A stretch of DNA of 28,884 nt from Armatimonadota bacterium (GTDB lineage Bacteria > Armatimonadota > UBA5829 > DTLH01). The translations under genes and the position numbers were made by a program. This document shows, in pieces, positions 16,774-26,508 of the stretch (position 1 is its first letter; each line of letters starts with the position of its first letter). The notes beneath the pieces were generated by a model. The model did no database searches and had not been told where the DNA came from. It saw only the letters and a list, made by a program, of their open reading frames with translations. The stretch covers positions 1 to 28,884 of the forward strand of contig JBDKSP010000094.1 in NCBI GenBank assembly GCA_039680575.1, read 5' to 3'.

Positions 16774-18108
16774 TTATGATGCATTATTGGTTATAGAATA
16801 CCTGGACTTCATAGCGATTAACAAGCCAAAAGCAACCCAAAAAGATCTATGTGAGTCAAAGTTCCCGAAGCAACCCTGTAGAGCAAAAGAAATAAAAAGT
16901 ATAAAGACAGTTTGAGCATATAGTTGCTTGTTTTGCCGATAAAAATTCCAAGCAGCCTTTAGAACACTAGCAAACACAGCAATAAATAATACACCTCCTA
17001 CAACACCTGTTTCCGCGAAGTATGTTAAATATATATTGTGAGGCATCTGCAAGACATCTGACATACGAGATTTTAAAAAATGCGTGAATTGCGCGAGTCC
17101 AATACCGGTCAACGTATATTCGGAAATAGCTTTAAGTGCCGTTTTCCATAATTCGAAGCGTCCATTATCGACATTTTCTGTTCTTGTTAATCTTGTGATG
17201 ACATATGCATTTGATGTGTATAAAAGATATCCAACTGATATAGCTGACAAAGCTATCTTTAAAACTGCAGAAAACACTTTTCGTGTATTCCGCCAGTCTA
17301 CTGCAGACAGTATTATTATAAGCATAGCAGCTAGTAAAGCAGACCGCGAAGCAGTACCTAAAATACCACCAAATAGAAGCGGTATAGGTAAAAAAGAAAA
17401 GATATTGCGCCTTGGAGACAATCTTGCAATTATAAAGCACATCGCGACATTGAGAAACAAATATTCGCCCAATAAATTAGGATTTTCAAAAGTGGCAGAA
17501 GGTCTCAAAACCCCAACGACAAATGACTCATATATTGTATACGTGGCAATGGCTGTAGAGGTAAGAATGGAAACTGTCAAGAATAAAACAACCTTTTGGA
17601 TAATCAGCCCTTCCAAAAGAAATACAATTGCCATACACCAGACCACACCGATTACTAATTTGGCACATTGCAAAAATGCTTCTTTGGGCGAGCCATATAA
17701 AGATAAGAACGAAAGAGGAAAAACAGCTTGTATTATAGTTAGTACCAAAAGATAAATAATAAAAACCATGTAGGGTTTCATTATTCGATATACAGTTAAT
17801 CTCCCTGTACCACATATATTAATGATAATTAGTAGTAAAACAACTGCAACAACAGCATCTCCTAATGACATATTTATACCAGCAATCACTTTGTGAAAAG
17901 GCCAAGTGATTGCTAGTAGAAATAATAGGAGATTATTAGCTATATACAATCTCTGGGTATTGCAGGAATCCATCTGCCTGTTCGAGGATAGTAGATTATT
18001 GTAAACCCTCTTGCCATAAACGCGTCCTATGTTGTTATAGTATGCAGCAATGTGACTCATATCGAATATGTTCTTATAACTGGAAAGCACAACATGATTA
18101 GTATGCAA
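16774..18108 (-). CDS. O-antigen ligase / Wzy_C-family membrane protein (true start may be downstream, e.g. ATG 18060 or 17973)
   Basis: Many TM helices; RPSATFENPN, TASRSA, GRFELW, GIGL, PHNIYL...ETGVVG. Confidence 0.82.
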   Translation of the reverse strand: MHTNHVVLSSYKNIFDMSHIAAYYNNIGRVYGKRVYNNLLSSNRQMDSCNTQRLYIANNLLLFLLAITWPFHKVIAGINMSLGDAVVAVVLLLIIINICGTGRLTVYRIMKPYMVFIIYLLVLTIIQAVFPLSFLSLYGSPKEAFLQCAKLVIGVVWCMAIVFLLEGLIIQKVVLFLTVSILTSTAIATYTIYESFVVGVLRPSATFENPNLLGEYLFLNVAMCFIIARLSPRRNIFSFLPIPLLFGGILGTASRSALLAAMLIIILSAVDWRNTRKVFSAVLKIALSAISVGYLLYTSNAYVITRLTRTENVDNGRFELWKTALKAISEYTLTGIGLAQFTHFLKSRMSDVLQMPHNIYLTYFAETGVVGGVLFIAVFASVLKAAWNFYRQNKQLYAQTVFILFISFALQGCFGNFDSHRSFWVAFGLLIAMKSRYSITNNAS

Positions 18109-18114
18109 TGTTAA

Positions 18115-19407
18115 TTAGCTTAACTTGGTTGACTTGATCCGCAACACCACTTTTGACATATAGAATATCGCTCCAAGAAGGAGAATAACGGATGAGCAAC
18201 ACAAAGCATATGCGGCTCCTGCTAAACCGTATCTGGGGATTAAGTAAAAACTTAGAATGCAGGTTGCTGCCGTTGCAAGTAAGTATAAGGGAATCTGATT
18301 TACAAGACATCTAGCGGCAGTTAAGGCATAAATAAATATGCTGCCAGTAAAACTTATTGCTGAAGCTATGGCCATAATAGTAAATACCTCAGTATGTTCT
18401 GCATATTCAGGTGTATATAGCACTGTGAGCAACTCTTTACCAAAACAGGCAGCTAACAAAACACCTAACGCACCAAACACGATGAATACTATAACAAGTC
18501 TTATTAGCAGATGCATAAATGCTGACATATCAGCAGCTACATAATATCTGGCCAATCTAGGTGCAGCAGATTGTCCTAATGCGCCAGAAACTGTAAGGCC
18601 TGCAACCATAGAATAGGCCATGGCCGCATATATGCCTAGTTCCCTTTGCCCCATAAATCTCTCAATAGTATAACGTGGAATGTTTGCATTTAGTGAGACT
18701 AGCATAGTTACAATTCCAAGTGGTAAAGCAATAACGGCTAATTGTGTTAGTTTCGTTGGTATCCACAGAGGACATATACTAGTAATATTGACTTGTTTTT
18801 TGATAATTCTACTGACTCGCAACTCATAAAACACCAGCACTGATAACCAAGCTAAAAGCAATCCCAAACTTCCAAATAGAATTGATTTTGTGTAGTATAT
18901 TCCGCATGCTAGAAAAACTACAGATAAAGGCCCTTTAATCATTTGCGCAATTGCAATGAGATTCATCCGTTCGTGTAATTGAAACAGTCCTTGGAATATA
19001 TCACTAATAGACTCTACAAATTTCGCAGCACCAATTGTTACAACAACCAGCATAACATCAAGATGGTAACTACTTACTAAGGTAATACCAATCACAAGAA
19101 TCAAAGCCAAACACGACATCAGTAGTCGCAACCCCAGGTAAATATTAAATGAGTAATTGCCTCTTGCATCAGTGGCTTGAATAGACCTAAGTTGCAGATT
19201 CGTAAACATAAAAATAGGCGCTGTTAGTGCTAATCCCAAAGAGAATTGTCCAACCATTTTTGGATTCCCAAACTTAGCAATAAGCATCAACATCGCCCAC
19301 TGGCTTGCTGCATACACTACATTCCCAGCAAAAGTCCAAGAGAAGTTCTTGCGCAGGCTCAGGCCAGTGGTAAGTGGTTGTTCAGATTGCAGACTATCAA
19401 CAGCCAT
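18115..19407 (-). CDS. wzx: Polysaccharide flippase (Wzx/MOP family)
   Basis: [15 protein letters not shown], about 12 TMs, [21 protein letters not shown] 19407 overlaps end of epimerase gene. Confidence 0.85.
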   Translation of the reverse strand: MAVDSLQSEQPLTTGLSLRKNFSWTFAGNVVYAASQWAMLMLIAKFGNPKMVGQFSLGLALTAPIFMFTNLQLRSIQATDARGNYSFNIYLGLRLLMSCLALILVIGITLVSSYHLDVMLVVVTIGAAKFVESISDIFQGLFQLHERMNLIAIAQMIKGPLSVVFLACGIYYTKSILFGSLGLLLAWLSVLVFYELRVSRIIKKQVNITSICPLWIPTKLTQLAVIALPLGIVTMLVSLNANIPRYTIERFMGQRELGIYAAMAYSMVAGLTVSGALGQSAAPRLARYYVAADMSAFMHLLIRLVIVFIVFGALGVLLAACFGKELLTVLYTPEYAEHTEVFTIMAIASAISFTGSIFIYALTAARCLVNQIPLYLLATAATCILSFYLIPRYGLAGAAYALCCSSVILLLGAIFYMSKVVLRIKSTKLS

Positions 19408-20407
19408 AGTACTCTCTGTACCACCCCACAAACCTCTCTATCCCCACCTCAATCGGCGTATCAGGCTTGAAGCCGACATCATTCATCAGCGCATCCACGT
19501 CCGCAAATGTCGCCGGAACGTCGCCGGGCTGCATAGGCAAGAGGTTCATCTGCGCTTTCTTGCCGAGGCACTTCTCCAGCACTTCTATGAAATGCAGCAG
19601 CTCCGTTGGGCTGTGGTTTCCGATGTTATAGACCTTATAAGGCGCAGGGCTTTGTGCCGGAGTCAGGAACTCTGCATCGGCATAAGCGGCGTTCGGCTGG
19701 GGGACGTTGTCCAGCACCCGCACAACACCTTCCACAATATCATCTATATAAGTGAAGTCCCGCTTCATCTTGCCGTAGTTGTAGACATCTATCGGCCTGC
19801 CTTCCAGAATGGCTTTCGTGAAGATGAAAAGCGCCATATCCGGCCTGCCCCAGGGGCCGTAGACCGTGAAGAACCGGAGGCCCGTGGTCGGCAGCCCGTA
19901 GAGGTGGCTGTAGGTGTGCGCCATCAGCTCGTTTGCCTTCTTCGTGGCAGCATAGAGGCTGACCGGATGGTCGACGTTGTCATCCACACTGAAGGGCAGC
20001 TTCTTGTTCGATCCGTATACCGAGCTGGATGAGGCATACACCAGATGCTCGACCCCATTGTGGCGGCAGCCTTCCAATATATTGCAAAAACCTACCAGGT
20101 TGGAGTCGATATAGGCGTGCGGGTTCTGGAGAGAGTATCTCACGCCTGCCTGCGCGGCGAGATGGACTACCCGCTGCGGTTTTTCCGCTGCGAAGTATTC
20201 CGCCATTCCGGCACGGTCGGCTACATCCAGCTTTGTGAAACTGAAGCCTGGCCGCTCCACCAACTGGGCAAGTCTGGCTTCTTTCAGCCTTATATCGTAA
20301 TAGTCGTTTAGATTGTCGATGCCGACGACCTCATCTCCACGGTCAAGCAGCCGCTTGCTTACGTGAAACCCTATGAAACCAGCAGCACCTGTGACTAATA
20401 TCTTCAT
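19397..20407 (-). CDS. NAD-dependent epimerase, UDP-glucuronate 4-epimerase/CapI type
   Basis: [44 protein letters not shown]. Confidence 0.95.
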   Translation of the reverse strand: MKILVTGAAGFIGFHVSKRLLDRGDEVVGIDNLNDYYDIRLKEARLAQLVERPGFSFTKLDVADRAGMAEYFAAEKPQRVVHLAAQAGVRYSLQNPHAYIDSNLVGFCNILEGCRHNGVEHLVYASSSSVYGSNKKLPFSVDDNVDHPVSLYAATKKANELMAHTYSHLYGLPTTGLRFFTVYGPWGRPDMALFIFTKAILEGRPIDVYNYGKMKRDFTYIDDIVEGVVRVLDNVPQPNAAYADAEFLTPAQSPAPYKVYNIGNHSPTELLHFIEVLEKCLGKKAQMNLLPMQPGDVPATFADVDALMNDVGFKPDTPIEVGIERFVGWYREYYGC

Positions 20408-20476
20408 TGGTTATGATTTGACCTTTTCCAAGCAACGTTGTTCTTCTTACTCGCCATTATGTAGACTACATAATGC

Positions 20477-20640
20477 TTTCCTGGATGCTGAGTCAAGCTC
20501 AGCATGACGTTTTTGGCGTCAGTATGACGTTTTGGACCCGGTATGACGTTGTAGACCCAGATTACCAGCCGTGCAAGCACGGCTATGGCCGGCACGGAGA
20601 CCGGCCACTACGTTAAAACACAGAGACCGGCGCCACTACG
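20477..20640. repeat. Composite REP-like cluster (GTCA-type core, ATGACGTT units, GTAG-type REP hairpins)
   Basis: 34-bp core at 20477-20510; ATGACGTT three times at ~20-bp spacing; 20543-20615 matches 23596-23668 at 72/73. Confidence 0.85.
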
Positions 20641-21927
20641 CTAAAGTCCGTAGCAAACTATATCCGGCCTTAGTTCCCCTTGCGGGATCACTGATTTGAC
20701 GTCTACTACGACACCGCCGGGCTTGACCCTTTCCACTAATTCAGACAGTCCATTATTAAGATAATGCCTATGCGGAACTGCCAGTATGAGTGCGTCCAGG
20801 TCATTGAATACGTCCAGAGAAGATAATCGGACTCCGTATTCCTGCAATGCTTCGCCCGGATCCGCCATCGGGTCGTGCACAAATGGTGTTATTCCATACT
20901 CTTTCAGCTCTGCGATGATGTCCGGGACCCGGCTGTTGCGCAGGTCCGGCACATTCTCTTTGAAAGTGAGCCCCAGCACACCGACTTTTGCCTGCCTCAG
21001 CGGGACATCGCAGTTTACTAATAGCTTAACCGTTTTCTGAGCCACATAGCTGCCCATTCCATCGTTTATGCGGCGTCCGGCCAGGATTACCTGCGGGTTG
21101 TAGCCCAGTTCTTCGGCCTTTGTCGTGAGATAGTACGGGTCAACCCCGATGCAGTGTCCTCCCACTAACCCCGGAGTGAACGGCAGAAAGTTCCACTTGG
21201 TCCTTGCGGCAGCCAACACATCCTTCGTGGCGATGCCCAAAAGGTCGAATATCTGTGCAAGCTCGTTCATGAGCGCTATGTTCAGGTCGCGCTGAGTGTT
21301 TTCTATGACTTTTGCCGCTTCCGCAACCTTTATTGAAGGTGCTTTGTGGACGCCTACGTCTACGATGGCTGCATAGGCCGATGCTACACGTTCCAATGTC
21401 TCCTGGTCTTCACCGGAGACCACCTTGGTTATGGTCTGAAGTGTATGCAGCTTATCTCCGGGGTTGATCCTCTCCGGCGAATAACCTAGTTTGAAATCTA
21501 TGCCCTGCTTCAGCCCGGATTCGCGGGCGAGGATGGGACCGCATATCTCTTCGGTCACACCAGGATAGACGGTGGACTCGTAGACAACCACTGCACCCCT
21601 GCCGAGGACACTTCCTACTGTCTCAGAAGCCCGTTTGACCGGCGTAAGGTCAGGCCGGTTGGCATTATCTATCGGTGTCGGGACGGCCACGACGAAAAAG
21701 GTGACATCCTTCATATCCAGGGGATCGCTTGTCCAGATTATCGTCGTATCTGCCAGCTCCCGCTCTGTGCATTCGCCGGTTTTATCCCGGCATTGCTTCA
21801 GCGATTCGACCCGGTCTTTATTAATATCGAAGCCGATGGTACCCGGGAACTTCTTCGCGAATGCCAATGCAACGGGAAGCCCGACATATCCGAGGCCTAC
21901 TACCGCGATTTTCTCACTCATATCCAC
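20641..21927 (-). CDS. UDP-N-acetylhexosamine 6-dehydrogenase (WbpO/TviB/CapL-like)
   Basis: GLGYVGLP, VYESTVYPG, YSPERINPGD, AKVIENTQRD, GLVGGHCIGVDPYY, GLTFKEN. Confidence 0.95.
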   Translation of the reverse strand: MDMSEKIAVVGLGYVGLPVALAFAKKFPGTIGFDINKDRVESLKQCRDKTGECTERELADTTIIWTSDPLDMKDVTFFVVAVPTPIDNANRPDLTPVKRASETVGSVLGRGAVVVYESTVYPGVTEEICGPILARESGLKQGIDFKLGYSPERINPGDKLHTLQTITKVVSGEDQETLERVASAYAAIVDVGVHKAPSIKVAEAAKVIENTQRDLNIALMNELAQIFDLLGIATKDVLAAARTKWNFLPFTPGLVGGHCIGVDPYYLTTKAEELGYNPQVILAGRRINDGMGSYVAQKTVKLLVNCDVPLRQAKVGVLGLTFKENVPDLRNSRVPDIIAELKEYGITPFVHDPMADPGEALQEYGVRLSSLDVFNDLDALILAVPHRHYLNNGLSELVERVKPGGVVVDVKSVIPQGELRPDIVCYGL

Positions 21928-21928
21928 G

Positions 21929-23539
21929 TCACTCCACCATAGAATGCTTGACCTGCGCTGAGTCCTTCATATTTGAAAGGAACTCTAGAACGAATTCCTT
22001 GACTGATTGTTCGCCGCTATCATAGTCCGGCACATTGGCGAAGAACCTGAACCATGTGACTTCGCGCGTTTGTATGCGATGCTGGACCCTGGACAGGCTG
22101 CCGGGGCTTGCCAGCAGGTCTACGACATCACCCAACCTGTTGCGATAGTCGAACATGCGGAGTTCTTCTCCGCTTCGGATTGTTATGTCTCCGAATTTAT
22201 ACCAGTAGAGCATGATCCCCGGACCGCTGTCGCTCTCTATATGCAAAACAGTGACATTGAAATCAGCCTTATGCGGCTTGTCTATGTGCAATACTTCTTT
22301 ATTATTCTTCAGAATCTTGACGCCGCTTTTGGGAAGGCAGTCGTACGGGTTATGGAACGCTGCCAGATCTGCCGATACATTGACCAGAACCTGCACAGAT
22401 GGTGCGGCAGGATCATCGCTTGTATATGCGCGGCTCATCAGATCACCCTTGGCAAGCCGCTCTTTGGTGCTCTCATCAATCTCCAGATCACTCCCATGCC
22501 AGCCATCAAACGACAATGGGATGCTCCCCTTAAGCAATGTCCCCTTTGGGATGCTGTCGTATGCCCTGCCTATGGCAAACCCGAGAGGCGCAAGCACGGC
22601 AAGCATTAACATCGCACACACGAACGGCAGAGTCACACGGACCGGTTTCCACGGCATCAGATTTTTGTACGACTCCGGGTCTCGCAAGTGTTTCAGCCCG
22701 ATCAACCGCGCAAAGCCGAGCACCGCAAAAGCGCCTATCACCAGCACAATGTAGCCGCTCGTATCGTGAAACTTATGGACTGCGCTGCTGGAAAAAGTGC
22801 AGATGCCGATTGTCCCGATCAGGATTATCCTGAGCCCGTTAAGTATTATTGCAAACGGCAGGGACATCACCAAGAGCAGCAGCTTCTTGACCCTTGCGCC
22901 TTCAAGCACAAATATGAGAAAAATGCTGCTCATCACCAGGGCGATGAACAGTTTCAGCCCGCTGCACGCTCCGCCGACAACCAGCGGTGCAGGAAAATCC
23001 GGTGAGAGCAGGACATTTCCTTCCCGTGTTATGGAATGTCCCGCTATCTGGAATACACTGGCCGCAAGCGCTGAAGCTATCAGAGTAAACTTTCCCGTGA
23101 TCTTGTCCAGGACATATGACGGCAGCGGTATCATGGTAATAAGGAATACAATCGGAGCTGCAAGCCCTTTAAGCGCCCGATACCCCACTGTCGACCAGAC
23201 CACTCCGACAACAGCCATGAAAAAAGCTAATCCATAGAGCGGTTTCCAGGCAAACATCACTGTGGTGAGATACACTATGCATCCCAGCAACAACACAGGG
23301 AGCCCCAGCCATGAACCTGAGGCCTTGATGCCTGACAGCTTATCTCGCCGCAGCCATACCATAATCCCGGCCAAAACCGGCACTATCGGCCCATGTGAAT
23401 AGTAACTGTCCTTGAGATCCCAGATGTGCCAAAAATGGCCGACTGACCGATACTGGCCGGCTATCAACAATGCCAGTGCTATCAACAGCACATAATTCTT
23501 GCTCAAAATAGAAAGACAGCGTCTTGTGCTCGTCGTCAT
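21929..23539 (-). CDS. Exosortase fused to C-terminal EpsI-like domain
   Basis: YYSHGPIVP, ACSGL (Cys), NGLRI (Arg), FHD..G (His) in a multi-TM core; EpsI-like HNPYDCLP and LYWY; SD GGGGAG. Confidence 0.88.
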   Translation of the reverse strand: MTTSTRRCLSILSKNYVLLIALALLIAGQYRSVGHFWHIWDLKDSYYSHGPIVPVLAGIMVWLRRDKLSGIKASGSWLGLPVLLLGCIVYLTTVMFAWKPLYGLAFFMAVVGVVWSTVGYRALKGLAAPIVFLITMIPLPSYVLDKITGKFTLIASALAASVFQIAGHSITREGNVLLSPDFPAPLVVGGACSGLKLFIALVMSSIFLIFVLEGARVKKLLLLVMSLPFAIILNGLRIILIGTIGICTFSSSAVHKFHDTSGYIVLVIGAFAVLGFARLIGLKHLRDPESYKNLMPWKPVRVTLPFVCAMLMLAVLAPLGFAIGRAYDSIPKGTLLKGSIPLSFDGWHGSDLEIDESTKERLAKGDLMSRAYTSDDPAAPSVQVLVNVSADLAAFHNPYDCLPKSGVKILKNNKEVLHIDKPHKADFNVTVLHIESDSGPGIMLYWYKFGDITIRSGEELRMFDYRNRLGDVVDLLASPGSLSRVQHRIQTREVTWFRFFANVPDYDSGEQSVKEFVLEFLSNMKDSAQVKHSMVE

Positions 23540-23587
23540 CTATCTCCCCGCAGGTATGGATTTTACTTTTACGACACTGAACAAACG

Positions 23588-23756
23588 ACGTCAGCATGAC
23601 GTTGTAGACACAGATTACCAGCCGTGCAAGCACGGCTATGGCCGGCACGGAGACCGGCCACTACGTTAGGGCATAAAGACCGGCTACTACATTAACGGAG
23701 ACCTTTAAAGGCAGTCCGAGGCAATGAATGATGCCGTATAGTTCAGTATGATGCTG
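23588..23756. repeat. Second composite REP-like cluster
   Basis: 73-bp near-identical copy of 20543-20615, decayed GTAG-REP copy near 23675-23691, and degenerate ATGATGC units resembling 8335-8364. Confidence 0.8.
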
Positions 23757-23987
23757 CGATACCGTGCTTACGCTTGTGGTGTATATGTGAGGCTATTATC
23801 TAAAGAAGAAAATCTGTCTTTAAGGTGTAGTGTCTGACACCTGCAGCCCCATGCCAGCACCACATCAGCATGCATCATGGAATGCATGCCATATATCGGA
23901 CTCTTTTGGCTATCAAATTAGTCGCATATAATACGCAGAACCCCAAGATGTAAACTACACTGGCAAATCTTATGCACATCCTATTAT

Positions 23988-24016
23988 AATTTAGCTTATC
24001 AGGCAGGCATTGTCAA
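23988..24016 (-). promoter_or_regulatory. Internal sigma70-type promoter upstream of the exosortase gene
   Basis: TTGACA (24016-24011), 17-bp spacer, TAAATT (23993-23988), with an overlapping TATAAT just downstream. Confidence 0.55.
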
Positions 24017-24092
24017 GGCGAGCAGGCTTTTTGACAGTGATTTCCGGCAAAAACCGGCACATATACCGGGGTTGGTGTCATTTCAGAGGAAC

Positions 24093-25151
24093 TTATACCT
24101 TCTCATTGCCCAGCGTGCTTCTTATGCCAGCCCGCAGACAGCTGATTACGAGCCGAGGCGACCTCGACCTTGTGACGAACCTGGTGATCAATGACCGAAG
24201 CTGTCTCTTGTCCGGCCTGGACTTGACCTGATGCATCTTGGATGTTAGGCAGACTGCGACATCCCGCAGCAGCCAGTAGCAATCGGCGGATATATTCTGA
24301 TGCCGGCAAAAAGATGCGATCAGCCGCTCTACGGCGGGCAGCGCAGCCCCAACGCAGTCGGCGCCCAGGTTCTCTTTTGTTACGAATAACCATCTGAGGC
24401 CCTGAGCCTCCTCAACCGCAGCATCCGGTAAGAGCCGACGAATCGCACGGCTGCTGACCCGGCGCGCAAACTGGTCTTGTTCTTCTTTGCGGCGGACCGA
24501 GACACTGCGCTGGTTGAAGTGATAGTCTACCAGCAGATCAGGTATATAGATGAATCTCTCGCCGTTAGCTACCAGCCTGTCGTACAGGTCGTAATCCTGA
24601 GCATACCGAAATGACCGGTCATAGCCTCCAATCGAAACCACCGGCAGCCTTCTAAACATCAGCGCCGGGTGCAGCCCATACGAGCACCCGAACAGGCCAT
24701 GCCAGCAGGCCCTGTCCCAATCAATTTCAGCCCACTTGCGGCTGGTCCCATCAACGTCGTTGTGGAACACAGCTCTGCAGAAACAGACATTGGCTCCGCT
24801 TTGCTCCAGTGCTTTTACCTGGGCGGCCAGCCTGTGCTCCTCACAGGTGTCATCGGCATCTATCCGGCAGACGTATTCGCCTTTGGACTCCTGCAACCCG
24901 ATTGCCAGCGAAGGGCCGCACCCCAGATTGGCTGCATTATCTATAAGCCTTATTCTCGGATCGGCGTACGATAGTACTGCATCCCTAGTCCTATCAGTCG
25001 AGCTGTCATTGACTATCAGAAACTCGAAATTCTCCAGCGTTTGAGCCAGTACGCTGTCCATGGTACGTGCTACGGAATCCCGGCAGTTGTACACCGGCAT
25101 CAAAACTGTCACTAACGGGCTGGGTGCTACTTTCAAGCGCCTGCCTTCCAT
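24093..25151 (-). CDS. Glycosyltransferase family 2
   Basis: VTVLMPVYN, IVNDSSTD, RIDADD, HPALMFR, AQDYDL. Confidence 0.92.
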   Translation of the reverse strand: MEGRRLKVAPSPLVTVLMPVYNCRDSVARTMDSVLAQTLENFEFLIVNDSSTDRTRDAVLSYADPRIRLIDNAANLGCGPSLAIGLQESKGEYVCRIDADDTCEEHRLAAQVKALEQSGANVCFCRAVFHNDVDGTSRKWAEIDWDRACWHGLFGCSYGLHPALMFRRLPVVSIGGYDRSFRYAQDYDLYDRLVANGERFIYIPDLLVDYHFNQRSVSVRRKEEQDQFARRVSSRAIRRLLPDAAVEEAQGLRWLFVTKENLGADCVGAALPAVERLIASFCRHQNISADCYWLLRDVAVCLTSKMHQVKSRPDKRQLRSLITRFVTRSRSPRLVISCLRAGIRSTLGNEKV

Positions 25152-26440
25152 TTCGAGAGCAGCTCAGGATCATTATTGATGATAAACCGGCGCTTTCCGC
25201 TGGGCGTGGTTTCTATACGGTCAACAAATTGATAGGTTATATGCATCCCGCAGCATATTCGTTCGACCTGCTCCTTTAGGCGGGCAAAATTGCTGTCTTT
25301 ATACAGGTCGTTTTTGACCATGTTAACCATCAGGCAGTAACCGGGGCTCTGAATATACTGCACCTGTGCAAATCCTGAGTTGAAGGTCTGGCCGGTCTTT
25401 GCGTCACACCCACTACCCCAGTGCAGCAAATAACTTGGTGACACAGGCCCGTTTGGAGTGACCAGAACGTCGTTCATGCGCCCACGCACGCGGATCCGGG
25501 GCAGCGTCCTGCCGCATTCGCATTTATCCAGTACCCTTTCGACCAGATAGTCACCATTTTTGTATCTGATAAACGGCATGGCGCGGTTCCAAAGGTCCGT
25601 GACCAGCATCTCCCCATCGGAAGCAGGTTCAATGATGGCTCTTTCGATAGCTTCGTGCAGCCCGGAGTGGCAGCTGCACTCCCAGGCACTGGCCCCGCCA
25701 TCGTTACAGCAGTACTCCTCATAGACATCAGCATGCGTGAAGGCGGTCTTGATCACATCGCGCTGCCAGTCATAGAGGTTTTCGGAGATAAGGTTGAAGA
25801 CCTCCACTTTTTTGTTCTCTATGCCATGCTGAAGCATATATATTGCGACGATGGCTGCGCTCGACGCGTACGCGCGGACATACGGATTGCCGTCGGAGTT
25901 GAGTGCATCGACTACCTTACCGATATTCTCGTTGTCCAGTTCGCCGCTCAGGTATTTACCATTGGCAACTTTTCCCTGGGCAGAAGTTATCAGTGTGAAC
26001 TCACATCCATCCTGAAAGCCGAAGTAACCCCAGCCTCTCTGGTGGGCACCGTTTCGCAGGGTATCATAACGTCGGCAGCCGATGTACTCAAAAGGTTCAC
26101 CGGTAGACCCGCCTGTCCGCATCATGCTGCCTCTGAAAAATTTCGAGTCTCTTGGGCTGCAGTTCATACGCATCCAATCGCGGTCTACTGCCGGCAGCTT
26201 GTGCAGGTCCTCAATGCCGGAAATACTTCGTCTTGTGAGCCCGTGCCGGCAGCAGAGTTGTCTGTAGGCCGGAGTGTTGTCGTAATGGTATGTGTAGATA
26301 TCGACAAGTCTCTCGCTTTGAAATGCCTTCTGACGTTCCAGCGGCCAATACTGGCTTTGCGCCAATGGGGGCAATGGCCACGTATCAGCCAATGATATTA
26401 TGCGTCCAAAAGCAGATTTTATAGTATGTATTGCCGCCAT
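25133..26440 (-). CDS. Second CapK / phenylacetate-CoA ligase-family enzyme
   Basis: RTGGSTGEP, VTDLWN.AMPFIRYKNGD, CECGR.LP, SGKRRFI. Confidence 0.85.
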   Translation of the reverse strand: MAAIHTIKSAFGRIISLADTWPLPPLAQSQYWPLERQKAFQSERLVDIYTYHYDNTPAYRQLCCRHGLTRRSISGIEDLHKLPAVDRDWMRMNCSPRDSKFFRGSMMRTGGSTGEPFEYIGCRRYDTLRNGAHQRGWGYFGFQDGCEFTLITSAQGKVANGKYLSGELDNENIGKVVDALNSDGNPYVRAYASSAAIVAIYMLQHGIENKKVEVFNLISENLYDWQRDVIKTAFTHADVYEEYCCNDGGASAWECSCHSGLHEAIERAIIEPASDGEMLVTDLWNRAMPFIRYKNGDYLVERVLDKCECGRTLPRIRVRGRMNDVLVTPNGPVSPSYLLHWGSGCDAKTGQTFNSGFAQVQYIQSPGYCLMVNMVKNDLYKDSNFARLKEQVERICCGMHITYQFVDRIETTPSGKRRFIINNDPELLSKWKAGA

Positions 26441-26508
26441 TATTCTAGATTTCTCGCTAAATCATTCATTATTTGAAGCTGTTGCGTCAGCATGACATCG
26501 TGCCCGGC

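Noticed and set aside
20504..20550. Periodic ATGACGTT units as a mini CRISPR array
   Set aside because: Repeats of 8 bp and spacers of about 12 bp are far too short; no cas genes
20404..20595. ORF MPAIAVLARLV... and its twin at 23340-23648
   Set aside because: The shared N-terminus comes from the 73-bp repeat; no SD; the twin overlaps the exosortase out of frame
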